From NCBI GenBank assembly GCA_964270895.1, contig OZ185443.1: 64,000 nucleotides of DNA. One strand, written 5' to 3'. The notes beneath the pieces were generated by a model. It ran no database searches, was not told the DNA's origin, and worked only from the letters and a program-made list of their open reading frames with translations. Made by a program: the position numbers and the translations under genes. The stretch's first letter is position 1. Every line of letters starts with the position of its first letter. Below are positions 24,974-34,800 of the stretch, one piece after another. The DNA is from Podarcis filfolensis. Its lineage: Eukaryota.

Positions 24974-27149
24974 TACTTCTTAAACTTTTAAAACATGTCA
25001 ATGCACTTCTAATGATCACCTGACACCCAAAGTTAAGTGAATCATGTGATAGGTAAGGAAGCATATATGCTTGTTGCATAAAATGCAACACAAAGAGGGC
25101 GCACTCCATATATGAAATATTAGACACGGTTGGATGCCGCCAGCGGCCAGCTTTCCTTTCCTTTGCTGTCTGCTCCAATTTCTCTTTGGCTGAGTTGAGA
25201 GCGAGCGGCGTGTTCAGGTCAAGATGTTTGTTCAGAAATAGAAGTACAGTTGCAGCTGTGTTTGGAGCAGGAGGCTAGTTTAAATAGCATTACCATTTAT
25301 CCAGTCCATTAACAGAACTCTGTAAAATAATATCAACTCTACAATAAGCTACAGGGCAGCATCGTAAAATTACAAGCACTTGATGACAGATGGGACGTGT
25401 AAGTAACGAAAAGTGATAGCTTGAATATTCAGGAGACAATACCTGATATTTTTTTTCTGCCCAAATACTTTGTCTCATTGGATGTAGAAAGTTTCTTTGT
25501 GTTTTTCACCTAGCTTAAGTATGAAAAATCATGTTCCCAGTAAAGTCCCAGCAGGTCAGCTACTGGTGGCAGTATTTTTTAAAAATACTGTTGAGATGTC
25601 AGGTTGTTATGTGTTTCTTAAGGGAACTGTAGTTAGTAAACCAGCCATTTTAGGACCAGTTAGGTAATGATTTTGATGTTTGTCTATATCTCTGGTTCAA
25701 CAAGTATTTTTCTTTCTTGGAATGACCTACATTGTCTCCAGTGACCCACATCCTAATACACAGAGCATTAACTATAGCACCTTTTGTGCAGAAAACCATT
25801 ACAGCCTAGTGAGTGCTTATCTGAGACAAATAGATTTTGACTGATTAATTTGATGAGTTAGGCTATAGTTCATTGATTGCCATTAGCTGCAGGGTACTGA
25901 TTTAGGACCCAAAGCTCAGTGGTTTTCCAAGATACTTATATAGGTACTGTATTTCTAAACATGCAAAAGTTAGTCCTTTGATGTAATCCTCCTGGTAGGT
26001 AAATTGTAGCTAATCAAGAAAACCTACAGTGGAAGAACTTGCAATTTATACGTGGATTAATATGGAAAAAGCATACAAGAATGTACTTAAATATTATCAG
26101 GGTTTCCTGAAGCTGAAATTTACTTAATACTTTTCTTTTCTTTTTTTTTTAAATGGTGGAAGGAAAAGGTTTTCTACATAATCTGACTTGTTGCCCTGGA
26201 CTATTCATTTAGTGCATTGGTTCTTGCAGCCCCTAACAAAAGCACAAAGCTTCATGAGGAACCCTTGAAAAAATTCCTCCTGAATTAATTTCTGCCAGCT
26301 ATGATTAAAGTGTGTGGTACTAGATGTGTCAGACACCATAGTTCTTTGCTTCATTTTACTCCTGGCCTCTTTGGCCCCTGCCACAATGAATCCAAGAATG
26401 GTTACGCAGGAATTGCAGGTTACAGTTGCTACGGTTACCGTTGTCCAGTCGTATCGACATCATTACTCATCTAGTGAGTTACCATGATAGCTACCGCTGA
26501 CTCCCATTCCTGGGAACACTAAAGCCGTTTGAGGCAAAAGAGATGAAAGTTCTTCTGACGGCTCTTATGTTTTGTAGATGAGACATTTTTCAGTTTGCAC
26601 GGTCAGCATTAATATCTGTTTCATAGTAGTATCTTGAAGGGAGGTGAGAATAAAAGTTGTACTGCATTCAAATAGCACGGATCGCATGTTATTGCTACAA
26701 AATGCATAGTATAGAGGAAAAATGTGACACATTCCTGTTCGTGTCTTTTTTCTTCTTCTTAACCCACGTATGGGCAGAAAGGGAATATTAGAGATTTGGC
26801 TTTATAAAACAGTTATATCCAACACTGTTTCAGAGAGACTAAATGAGCATGCTGTTTAAACCACTCCTAAGTTTATATCTGAGTAAACTTATTAAGCACT
26901 TTCAGAGTTCTGGCAGGTGACTTGGACAGTTAAAACATAGACAAGGAATGCCCAGTTGTGGGTTTTCATGTTCCTTTCTCCTTTCAAAAATGATTGGGGG
27001 ATCGACAAAGGACATTAATTGGCAGATTAGGGCCTCTGTATATAATAACACTGGTGCCTGTAAATTGTGATAAACATACAGTATGTGGTTGATAAATGGG
27101 TTAAAAGATGGATGAGTATTAGAAAAAAATAATGTAAATTGGAATAAGG

Positions 27150-27302
27150 CAGTGCTTTTTTCTGAGGGGGACACAGGGGGACGCATACCCCTAAACATTT
27201 TGTGAATCTTAAGTTTGGCCTCATTGAGGGGCAGTATTTTAATATGAGTAGGAAAATGGGAGTACCCCTCAACGTTTTTTTTTTTAAGAAAAAAAAGCAC
27301 TG
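27150..27302. mobile_element. hAT MITE (CAGTGCTTTTTT TIR family)
   Basis: TIRs CAGTGCTTTTTT/AAAAAAGCACTG and TSD GAATAAGG/GAACAAGG. Confidence 0.85.
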
Positions 27303-28138
27303 GAACAAGGCAACAGATTTTAATTAGAAGAGCATTGACAACATTGTAACTTTATGTTCTGCTTGTTAGATGGTGTGTGAAAATTGATAAATAGTTGAAG
27401 CAGTGTCTACTTAATTTTGCTTTTGCTTGCTTTTAGAAGCCTGTATTGTTGTGTTTTGAAACGTCATCATAATGAAAACTGATATTTAATTGAGCAACAT
27501 TATGATTGGTTGGACCATAATTGCCAAGAAAATGAACAGCATTGCGGAATGTGAATGCTTGGTGATCGCTGCCGTTGGAAAAAGTGTTAACTCTTTTTGT
27601 AATGCACTTAAAGACTACTTGTTGCCTTCATTGCCTGCTTCTAGGCTTCCAATAAACATCTGGTTGGTAACTGTTGGTAATAGGATGCTGAACTTGGCTG
27701 TCACTCAGCAGAGCTGAAGTGTGCTGTTCAGTTTTTGCTGATATTAGTATATTATTAGTAATATTAGTATGAATCTCTAAACCTCCTTAAATTGGCATTC
27801 TATATAAACTTTAGCCTGGGAAGATTTTTATTTTCTCACTTTTAAAATTAACACTGCAGTTTTGCTTATTGTGAATTAAATGTGGGTGGGTTTTTTTGGG
27901 GGGGGGTGTAGAATGGAAACCATAATGTGTGATCATTTTCTACGGACTGCAGTGCAGGTACTAACATTTTCATAATGCCAGCAATAAGGTGCAAGTGTTC
28001 TTCTCTCTAGTGAAATGGTAGAAAAGTCTCAAAGACGAGCCCTTTTATCCCATCATAAGCACTTATTTTCTGGCAAAAGAAGACTTTTGGGGCCTTTATT
28101 CTACACATGTAATGATTTGATTTCAGCATAATAGTATG

Positions 28139-28546
28139 TGTGATGGGATGGTGAGCTGCTTGTGCGTAAAATCCTGATCCCTCAGAGTTTGGCTAAGTTC
28201 CCAAACCTCTGTCTGTGATGGAGCTCCTTAAGCATGGCTCCATCAATCGCTCGTTGAATCGGACAGTGGGCGTTTACGGAACTTCTTCCAGCATAAAAGC
28301 TCCTTGACGGAAACGCGTCTTCTGGACTCTCGGCGTGACAGTTTCCGCCGAGGAGTGGGTGTGCCTACGGGAGGTCCTGAAACCTCTCCACTGTTCCCGC
28401 TTGAAGTATCTCTGAGCTCTCCCTCCGACTCACTTTCCCTTGTAACTCCACTTCTCCCCCTGCTGGTCCCCTCCTCCGCTGAGTGGTCTCTCTCACCCTC
28501 CATGAGCCCTTTCACCTCCTTCGTCTCAGATGACAGTTCCCTGACA
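28139..28546 (-). repeat. 3' LTR (408 bp)
   Basis: Direct repeat of 31447-31854, preceded on the minus strand by the polypurine tract. Confidence 0.96.
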
Positions 28547-31056
28547 TCCACCTCCCCTCTAGGGCCCCCTTCACCCCCTTCCCTCCCCTCCTCTGCGGGA
28601 GGCGAGGGAGCAAAACCCCTGAAGGAACCTCCCTCATCTTCCGAAGTTTCGAACACTTCCCTCCACCTTTTGCTGTTCCCGGTTTCCAAGTACTCCTCCT
28701 CCTCGGAGTCTGTACCCTCTTCCAACTCCGATTCCCTGAATCCCTCCAGTTCCTCCTCATCGTCGGTGGTGCCAAAGTACTCCCTCCGGAACCTCGCTAC
28801 TGGTTGAGTTTTCCTGGGGAACCTTTGGTGGAACGTTTCGATCAAGACCTCGTCATGGACCTCCTCTGCCTTCACCCAGGTGTTTTCCGACTCCGGTTCC
28901 CCTTCCCACGCGACCAAATACTCCACCTGATTACCCTTCCACCTGGAGTCGATGATTTCCGCCACATAGTTGCGGCTTTCCCTTTCTTCTATGGCTGGCC
29001 CCCGTGTGGATACCCCTTCACCTTCCCCCCTGTATGGTGACAGTAATGACCTGTGGAATACTGGGTGCAGTTTCATGTGGTTCGGTAACCGGAGTCTGAA
29101 AGCCACTGGGTTGACCTGTTGGATGACCTCAAATGGTCCCAATCTTTTGGGTCTCAATTTCTTGCAACTACCCTTGAACGGCAACCCTTGGGTAGATAGC
29201 CAGACCCGACTCCCCACCCTAATTGTTTCACCTTCCCTTCTGCTCTTGTCTGCCTGCCTCTTATATTCTTCTTTGGCCCTTTCTAAGTTGTGTTGGAGTT
29301 GACGATGGATCGCTTCCATTTCTTCTACAAAAAGTTCAGCGGCCGGAACACTCCATCTCTCTCCTCCTTCCCCTGGAAACGCCCTGGGGTGGCACCCATA
29401 ATTAGCCAAAAAGGGGCTCATCCCGGTGGACACATTCTCTGCATTATTGTAAGCAAATTCCGCTAGTGCCAACTTTTCGACCCAATCGTTTTCTCTGTCA
29501 TTGACATAACACCTCAGGTATTGTTGAAGGATACCGTTTGCCCTCTCCGCCTGCCCATTGGTCTCAGGGTGCCTGGCAGTCGAAAAGTTGACCTCTACGT
29601 GCAACAAGCGCATAAGCTTCCTCCAGAATCTGGACGTGAACTGTTTCCCTCTGTCGGAAACCAGCCTCAAGGGGGCGCCATGCAGCCTAAAAATATGTTC
29701 TACAAACAATTTTGCTGTCTCTTCCGCCGTGACTGCATGTGAGCAAGCTACAAAGTGACCCATCTTAGTTAACTGGTCTACTACGACTAGTATGGCGGTT
29801 TTCCCCTGGGATTTGGGCAGATCAGTCATAAAATCTATCGACACCGCCTCCCACGGTCGTTCTGGTGTGGGTAACGGTTCTAAATACCCCGCTGGTGCCC
29901 GCCTTTCTCCTTTGGCTCTCTGGCATTGGTCACACCTTCTCACATACTCCCGTACATCCTCCCTCACCTTGGGCCACCAAAACTCCCTGGTCACCAACCA
30001 CATGGTCTTGTGTTGCCCAAAATGCCCCGCTGTGGGATTGTCGTGCAGCTGTTTGAGTACTCTCCCCCTCAATTCCCCTTCGGGTATATATAGCGCCCCT
30101 TTGTAATACAATGCCCCGTTTCTTTCTTCAAAACCTCCGGGGTCTTCTCCCTCTCCCCTTAAACCTCTGAGCTTATCCTGGGCGTACTCATCATTTACCG
30201 TTCCCTCTACCAGTTCTCTTTGCCCCACCCAGGCCGCACCACACACCCAGTGGTCCTCTGGGATAATATGTCTCTCTTCTGGCGCTCCCTCCCCCTCCAA
30301 ATATTCAGGTTTGCGAGAGAGAGCGTCCGCTCTGATGTTTTCTGGACCTGGCACATAGCAGATTTCAAAATGGAATTTGGAGAACTCCTGGGCCCATCTC
30401 ACTTGTCGTTGGTTGAGCACCCGTGCCGTTCTCCAATACTCCAAATTCTTGTGGTCCGTACATACTTGTACCTTATGCTGTGCACCAATTAGTAAGTGTC
30501 TCCATCTCCGGAACGCTTCGTGAATGGCGAGTAGTTCTCGGTCATATACCGTGTAGTTCCTCTCGGATTTGTTCAGCTTACGCGAAAAGAAGGCACACGG
30601 TCTCCATTCCGACTTATTGCTCCCTGGCTGAAGCAGCACCGCCCCCACCGCGCGGTCTGAGGCATCAGTTTCCACTCTCATGGGTTTTTGTAAATCCACA
30701 TGCAGGAGCTGTTCTTCCGAAGCGAATGCCTTTTTCAATTCCTCAAAAGCGTGCTCCGCCTCCGCCGTCCAAACGAATTTCTTCTTGCTGCTCAGACAGT
30801 CCGTGATGGGAGCCGTTAAGTGGGCAAAGTTCTTGATGAATTTACGGTAAAAGTTCCCAAACCCTAAGAACCTTTGCACATCTTTTTTCGTTTTCGGTGT
30901 CTTCCATTCCAGCACCGCCTGTACCTTGCCTGGATCCATGGCTAATCCCTTGTCTGATAGGCGGTACCCCAGGAATTCCACCTCCTTGGCGTGGAACTGA
31001 CACTTCTCCAATTTCACCCACAACTGGTTTGCTTGCAGCTGGCTCAGCACTTCCCT
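28243..31056 (-). CDS. Pol remnant: RT thumb/connection, RNase H, integrase (HHCC, DDE, GPF), chromodomain, and acidic/basic C-terminal extension
   Basis: Stop-free 935-aa ORF. Motifs: KLEKCQF..EVEFLGY (RT C-terminus), ETDASD/RELLAI/TDHKNL (RNase H), HDNPTAGH..CDQC, SIDFMTD, VSDRGKQF, QAERAN (integrase), RLGPFEV, and EYLVAWEG..ENTW (chromodomain, about 28816-28968). No protease or YxDD motif. Confidence 0.93.
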   Translation of the reverse strand, partial: REVLSQLQANQLWVKLEKCQFHAKEVEFLGYRLSDKGLAMDPGKVQAVLEWKTPKTKKDVQRFLGFGNFYRKFIKNFAHLTAPITDCLSSKKKFVWTAEAEHAFEELKKAFASEEQLLHVDLQKPMRVETDASDRAVGAVLLQPGSNKSEWRPCAFFSRKLNKSERNYTVYDRELLAIHEAFRRWRHLLIGAQHKVQVCTDHKNLEYWRTARVLNQRQVRWAQEFSKFHFEICYVPGPENIRADALSRKPEYLEGEGAPEERHIIPEDHWVCGAAWVGQRELVEGTVNDEYAQDKLRGLRGEGEDPGGFEERNGALYYKGALYIPEGELRGRVLKQLHDNPTAGHFGQHKTMWLVTREFWWPKVREDVREYVRRCDQCQRAKGERRAPAGYLEPLPTPERPWEAVSIDFMTDLPKSQGKTAILVVVDQLTKMGHFVACSHAVTAEETAKLFVEHIFRLHGAPLRLVSDRGKQFTSRFWRKLMRLLHVEVNFSTARHPETNGQAERANGILQQYLRCYVNDRENDWVEKLALAEFAYNNAENVSTGMSPFLANYGCHPRAFPGEGGERWSVPAAELFVEEMEAIHRQLQHNLERAKEEYKRQADKSRREGETIRVGSRVWLSTQGLPFKGSCKKLRPKRLGPFEVIQQVNPVAFRLRLPNHMKLHPVFHRSLLSPYRGEGEGVSTRGPAIEERESRNYVAEIIDSRWKGNQVEYLVAWEGEPESENTWVKAEEVHDEVLIETFHQRFPRKTQPVARFRREYFGTTDDEEELEGFRESELEEGTDSEEEEYLETGNSKRWREVFETSEDEGGSFRGFAPSPPAEEGREGGEGGPRGEVDVRELSSETKEVKGLMEGERDHSAEEGTSRGRSGVTRESESEGELRDTSSGNSGEVSGPPVGTPTPRRKLSRRESRRRVSVKELLCWKKFRKRPLSDSTSD
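28547..28560 (-). other. Polypurine tract (PPT)
   Basis: Minus strand AGAGGGGAGGTGGA immediately abuts the TG of the 3' LTR. Confidence 0.85.
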
Positions 31057-31403
31057 GCCATCAGGGGCCGGACCCAGTCTCTCGCCCCCCCTTCGAGATG
31101 GCCAATCACAAACGCCACTCGCGATGCCTCATCGGGAAAGTCGTTAAACTGCAGTTCAAGAGCATACTGCATCTCTGTCCTAAAGGCTTGGTAGTTCCTG
31201 GGGTCCCCCCCAAACTTCTGCACCATTCCTGGCATCTTTCTTGCTAGTGTAGCGCCTTTTGCCTTTTCTGCATCCTGCGCCCTCCTTTCTTCTAGCCTCG
31301 CCGTTTGCATTGCTAGCTGGAGTTCCAAAACTCTGTACCTTTCTTCCAGAGTTGGACCTTCTCCAGCTCCTGCTGCTCCTCCGGCTCCAGCTGGGTTGCT
31401 CAT
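31044..31403 (-). CDS. Truncated retrotransposon Gag (N-terminal capsid region, PEG10/sushi-like), 119 aa from ATG 31403
   Basis: KFGGDPRNYQAF...FPDEASRVAFVIGHLEGGARDW resembles sushi/PEG10 gag capsid. The frame ends a few codons after the deletion junction near 31056. Confidence 0.85.
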   Translation of the reverse strand: MSNPAGAGGAAGAGEGPTLEERYRVLELQLAMQTARLEERRAQDAEKAKGATLARKMPGMVQKFGGDPRNYQAFRTEMQYALELQFNDFPDEASRVAFVIGHLEGGARDWVRPLMAGKC

Positions 31404-31433
31404 GATGCCTCTCTGCACAAGCTGCTTTCAGGG

Positions 31434-31444
31434 ACTGTCCGATT
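31434..31444 (-). other. Primer-binding site of self-priming type
   Basis: Minus strand AATCGGACAGT, 2 nt after the 5' LTR, is exactly complementary to ACTGTCCGATT inside the LTR (31565-31575). There is no TGG-starting tRNA-type PBS. Confidence 0.8.
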
Positions 31445-31446
31445 GC

Positions 31447-31854
31447 TGTGATGGGATGGTGAGCTGCTTGTGCGTAAAATCCTGATCCCTCAGAGTTTGG
31501 CTAAGTTCCCAAACCTCTGTCTGTGATGGAGCTCCTTAAGCATGGCTCCATCAATCGCTCGTTGAATCGGACAGTGGGCGTTTACGGAACTTCTTCCAGC
31601 ATAAAAGCTCCTTGACGGAAACGCGTCTTCTGGACTCTCGGCGTGACAGTTTCCGCCGAGGAGTGGGTGTGCCTACGGGAGGTCCTGAAACCTCTCCACT
31701 GTTCCCGCTTGAAGTATCTCTGAGCTCTCCCTCCGACTCACTTTCCCTTGTAACTCCACTTCTCCCCCTGCTGGTCCCCTCCTCCGCTGAGTGGTCTCTC
31801 TCACCCTCCATGAGCCCTTTCACCTCCTTCGTCTCAGATGACAGTTCCCTGACA
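31447..31854 (-). repeat. 5' LTR (408 bp)
   Basis: Minus strand reads TGTCAGGGAA...CCCATCACA. No difference from 28139-28546 found by eye. Confidence 0.96.
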
Positions 31855-34800
31855 GTATGTAATGGTATCAACTGTGCAGATGATTTATTAAGGTGTTGGG
31901 TTCTGATTTTTATCTTGCTCAAAGCTTTTTTTTCAAAAATAGTTTTAAACATTAGCCGTGCACCCATATAATAATACATTTTTGCACAAATGAGCACGCA
32001 AGTTCTACGAAGTGGAAGTGTGCTTCACATGGTATCTAAAACAACATGGACTCTGCTGCGTTTTCAAAAGGACCTTTTTTTGGATCATTATTTTGAAATT
32101 TTGATTGAATTGCCCTCCTAAACTTGATAGTCCTAGCTAAAGTAGAATTTCACATGTTAGTACAAATGAAATCATTGGAGTTGGATAACCTTTGTAGTGT
32201 GTATGGTTATTCATAGCAACAAATAAAGTTTTAAGCCAACTGTTTTGGATGCAGTATTTGCCTCAAGTGAACTTTGTCACACGTTATTGTACATTTTGTC
32301 CTCCTTTAGCTCATATTTCTATTTATTTATGCTTCCCCTTTCAAGAACAAAAACAGTCGAAGTCTAGTATTTTCTTAAATCATGCGATGCTGTTTCCTTG
32401 CTTAAAGGAATTGTGCTCTATTGCTTGAAACTGTAAGTTTGCCTTAAGAATGTTTAATACTAATTTCTAACTTTGAGGTTGCAGATTTTATTCAAATTGT
32501 TCTTCCACCCAGTTATACAGGATTATTTAAAACCTACCCATGATTGCAACATATCTGTAGACCCGAGTAAACCTGAGTAAAGTGTGTGTGTCTGTAACAG
32601 AGAGAGAGAGAGAGATGGGTTTTCCAAAGCAAAATACCACATACTGCAAACTTCAGAGCAGTTTACTGCCCATTCCGTCCAGATATAATGAAATAGATGT
32701 CAGTCTAATCCAGTCCAATTCACTAAGTCCTTTTTGTACGGTTAACTTTGAAAGTTTTGATAAATTTGATATAGGAAACGAAATCCCAGTGAAGGAAGTA
32801 ATTAAAGATGCCAGAAGGTCAGGAAATGCCATTATCATATGGCACAGAAAGGGGGCAAGAAATGTTATAAACAGAGCACCATGACTCTCAGCTCATGCTA
32901 TGTGTTCATCTATTTGTACCCATGTAATCTTCATTAACTAATTCAGAAAGCGGGAAGAAGGAATGAAAACAGGATAATGACAGAAGGGACATACAAGTGC
33001 AAGCCATGATCGTAGTGAGAGATTAAAGTTCGCAGTAACTGAATAGCTGAGAGACGCTCAAAGGAAAGTTGATTGCTTCCCCTCCAACCGTTCCAACTGA
33101 TTGAAAAAACCTCTAATTTAAAGTTCTGTTTGTTCTCTGTCTTAAACTATCAGAATTTCCTTTTAGAACTGGGGGAACACTCTGAAAGAATCCAAGGATA
33201 AGAAGTCATTGCTGGCCAACAATTGTTCCTAATCCTCACAAAATGCTGAAGAAATTAAATTTGTTCTTTATTGCTCGAAGTGTTACCTAGGTCACTGGGC
33301 GATGGGAAAATTGAACTGGAAGTTGAGTGGTGCAATCTTTGTTTTGTGTCTAGATGCTTAACCTTAGACACGACAAGGCATCTTAGAGTGTTGTGGGAAC
33401 GAGGTTCAGAGTATTAAGACCAAGACTTTTATTACCCTGGATTTATAATGGGATGTGCTGTCAGGAGATGAAAATGTTGTGTTTACATTTGACTATTAAA
33501 TGATCATTTAATTAACACCTAAGTGTGGGTGGGTGGGGGAAGGACTTGTAAAATTCTTTACAGCATTTATTTTTTCTGTGGAGGCTTAAACATTCGTGCT
33601 GCCTAAAAGTACATCTGCAAAAGGCATTTATGAACTTCTTCAAGACAGATGGACAGTTTTAACCTGGATCTTTCACCACAGGGTGCTTCAAATATAGTAC
33701 AGTATGTTCCTAAAAATATTTTTTTCACTTTAATGTCAAGAAATGTATGTGCAAAAGTTACAAATACTTGCAAAAATTGGAATAACCTTTAACAGTTTTT
33801 ATGAAAACAACTGTCCTGTTAATCACCCAACCTATATTCGTATATGTAAAACATGTTTACTTGCGTAAGAGTTCTGTGGTGGAAATTCATGTGAAACTGA
33901 ACGCCTTCTGATAAGTAAGATCTTAAATTGTTGTATTTACCCTCTGTTGTGATCTCAAAGAATAAAATGAAATTGGCAATAAAATGCAACTCTGCTTTGC
34001 ATCATATAAGCCAATTTCTGTTTTGGAGAAACTGGTAGCTGTCCAAACATGATGCTTTTATTGTAGACATCCAAAAAATCTTTCTGAACAAAAGCTCAAT
34101 TCAGAGATTATTCCAAAACATTGTTTGCACTGACCATATTTCAGAACTTAAGCCACACTTGGAGCTTGCAAACATATACAAACTGTGGTTTAGAGTCACT
34201 TGTCTCCCCCTATGGTGGTGAAGTTGGAGGAAAAGCTGTAATTACAGTATGTCACTTTGCACAAACCCTGGGCTGCAGATCCAATTCAAACAACGGCTTC
34301 AAATTCAGCATAATTGGTCTACTGCAAACAGCAGTTTATAAATTCAAATATTATACAGGTCCATAATTAGGCTTCCTTGACCAGGATTTACTGTGATGTT
34401 TGAATAGAGTCCATATATAAAAGAAGGTACTGTATAATAAAACACCTACTCTGGAATTCAGTTGCTATCTGTCTTAGAACCACTTATGGAGGTTCAAAAT
34501 CGCATAGAGAATACCAACACCAGAATAGCCCTTGGACTACTTGTTCAAATCGGAGCCTGTTTCTGCCTACCTGCACATGTGAAACTAGCAGGGAGACCTT
34601 AAAGTAGACGTGTCTTCATGAAAGCAATGTCATATGAGCATCCTATATGTCTTGAATATCTGTGTTAAAAGGCAATATAAGAATTGTAGTAACGAAACTG
34701 TTCTGTGTTTCTATTCTCAAAAACTTCATGTGTACCTTTTAAAAATGCACGTCAATACAGAATATTGATCAATGTCGCATTACTCTATTTTACATTCCTG

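Larger units (their letters stand above)
28139..31854 (-). mobile_element. Ty3/Gypsy chromovirus-type (Tf1/sushi-like) LTR retrotransposon, internally deleted, very recent insertion, antisense to SLIT2
   Basis: Two 408-bp direct repeats with TG...CA ends, 5-bp TSD GTATG (28134-28138 and 31855-31859), PPT, and gag and pol remnants on the minus strand. Confidence 0.97.

Noticed and set aside
28304-28807. 167-aa Ser/Pro-rich plus-strand ORF (and its copy at 31612-31971)
   Set aside because: Antisense shadow of the purine-rich acidic pol tail and LTR, with no independent motifs.
31044-31062. Possible programmed -1 frameshift rescuing a gag-pol fusion at the deletion junction
   Set aside because: The frames do differ by -1, but the junction (GCA GGG AAG) has no X XXY YYZ slippery heptamer in the gag frame.
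31551-31997. 148-aa minus-strand ORF sharing its C-terminus with pol
   Set aside because: It is a chimera of flanking intron and the 5' LTR copy of the U3 reading frame, not an independent gene.
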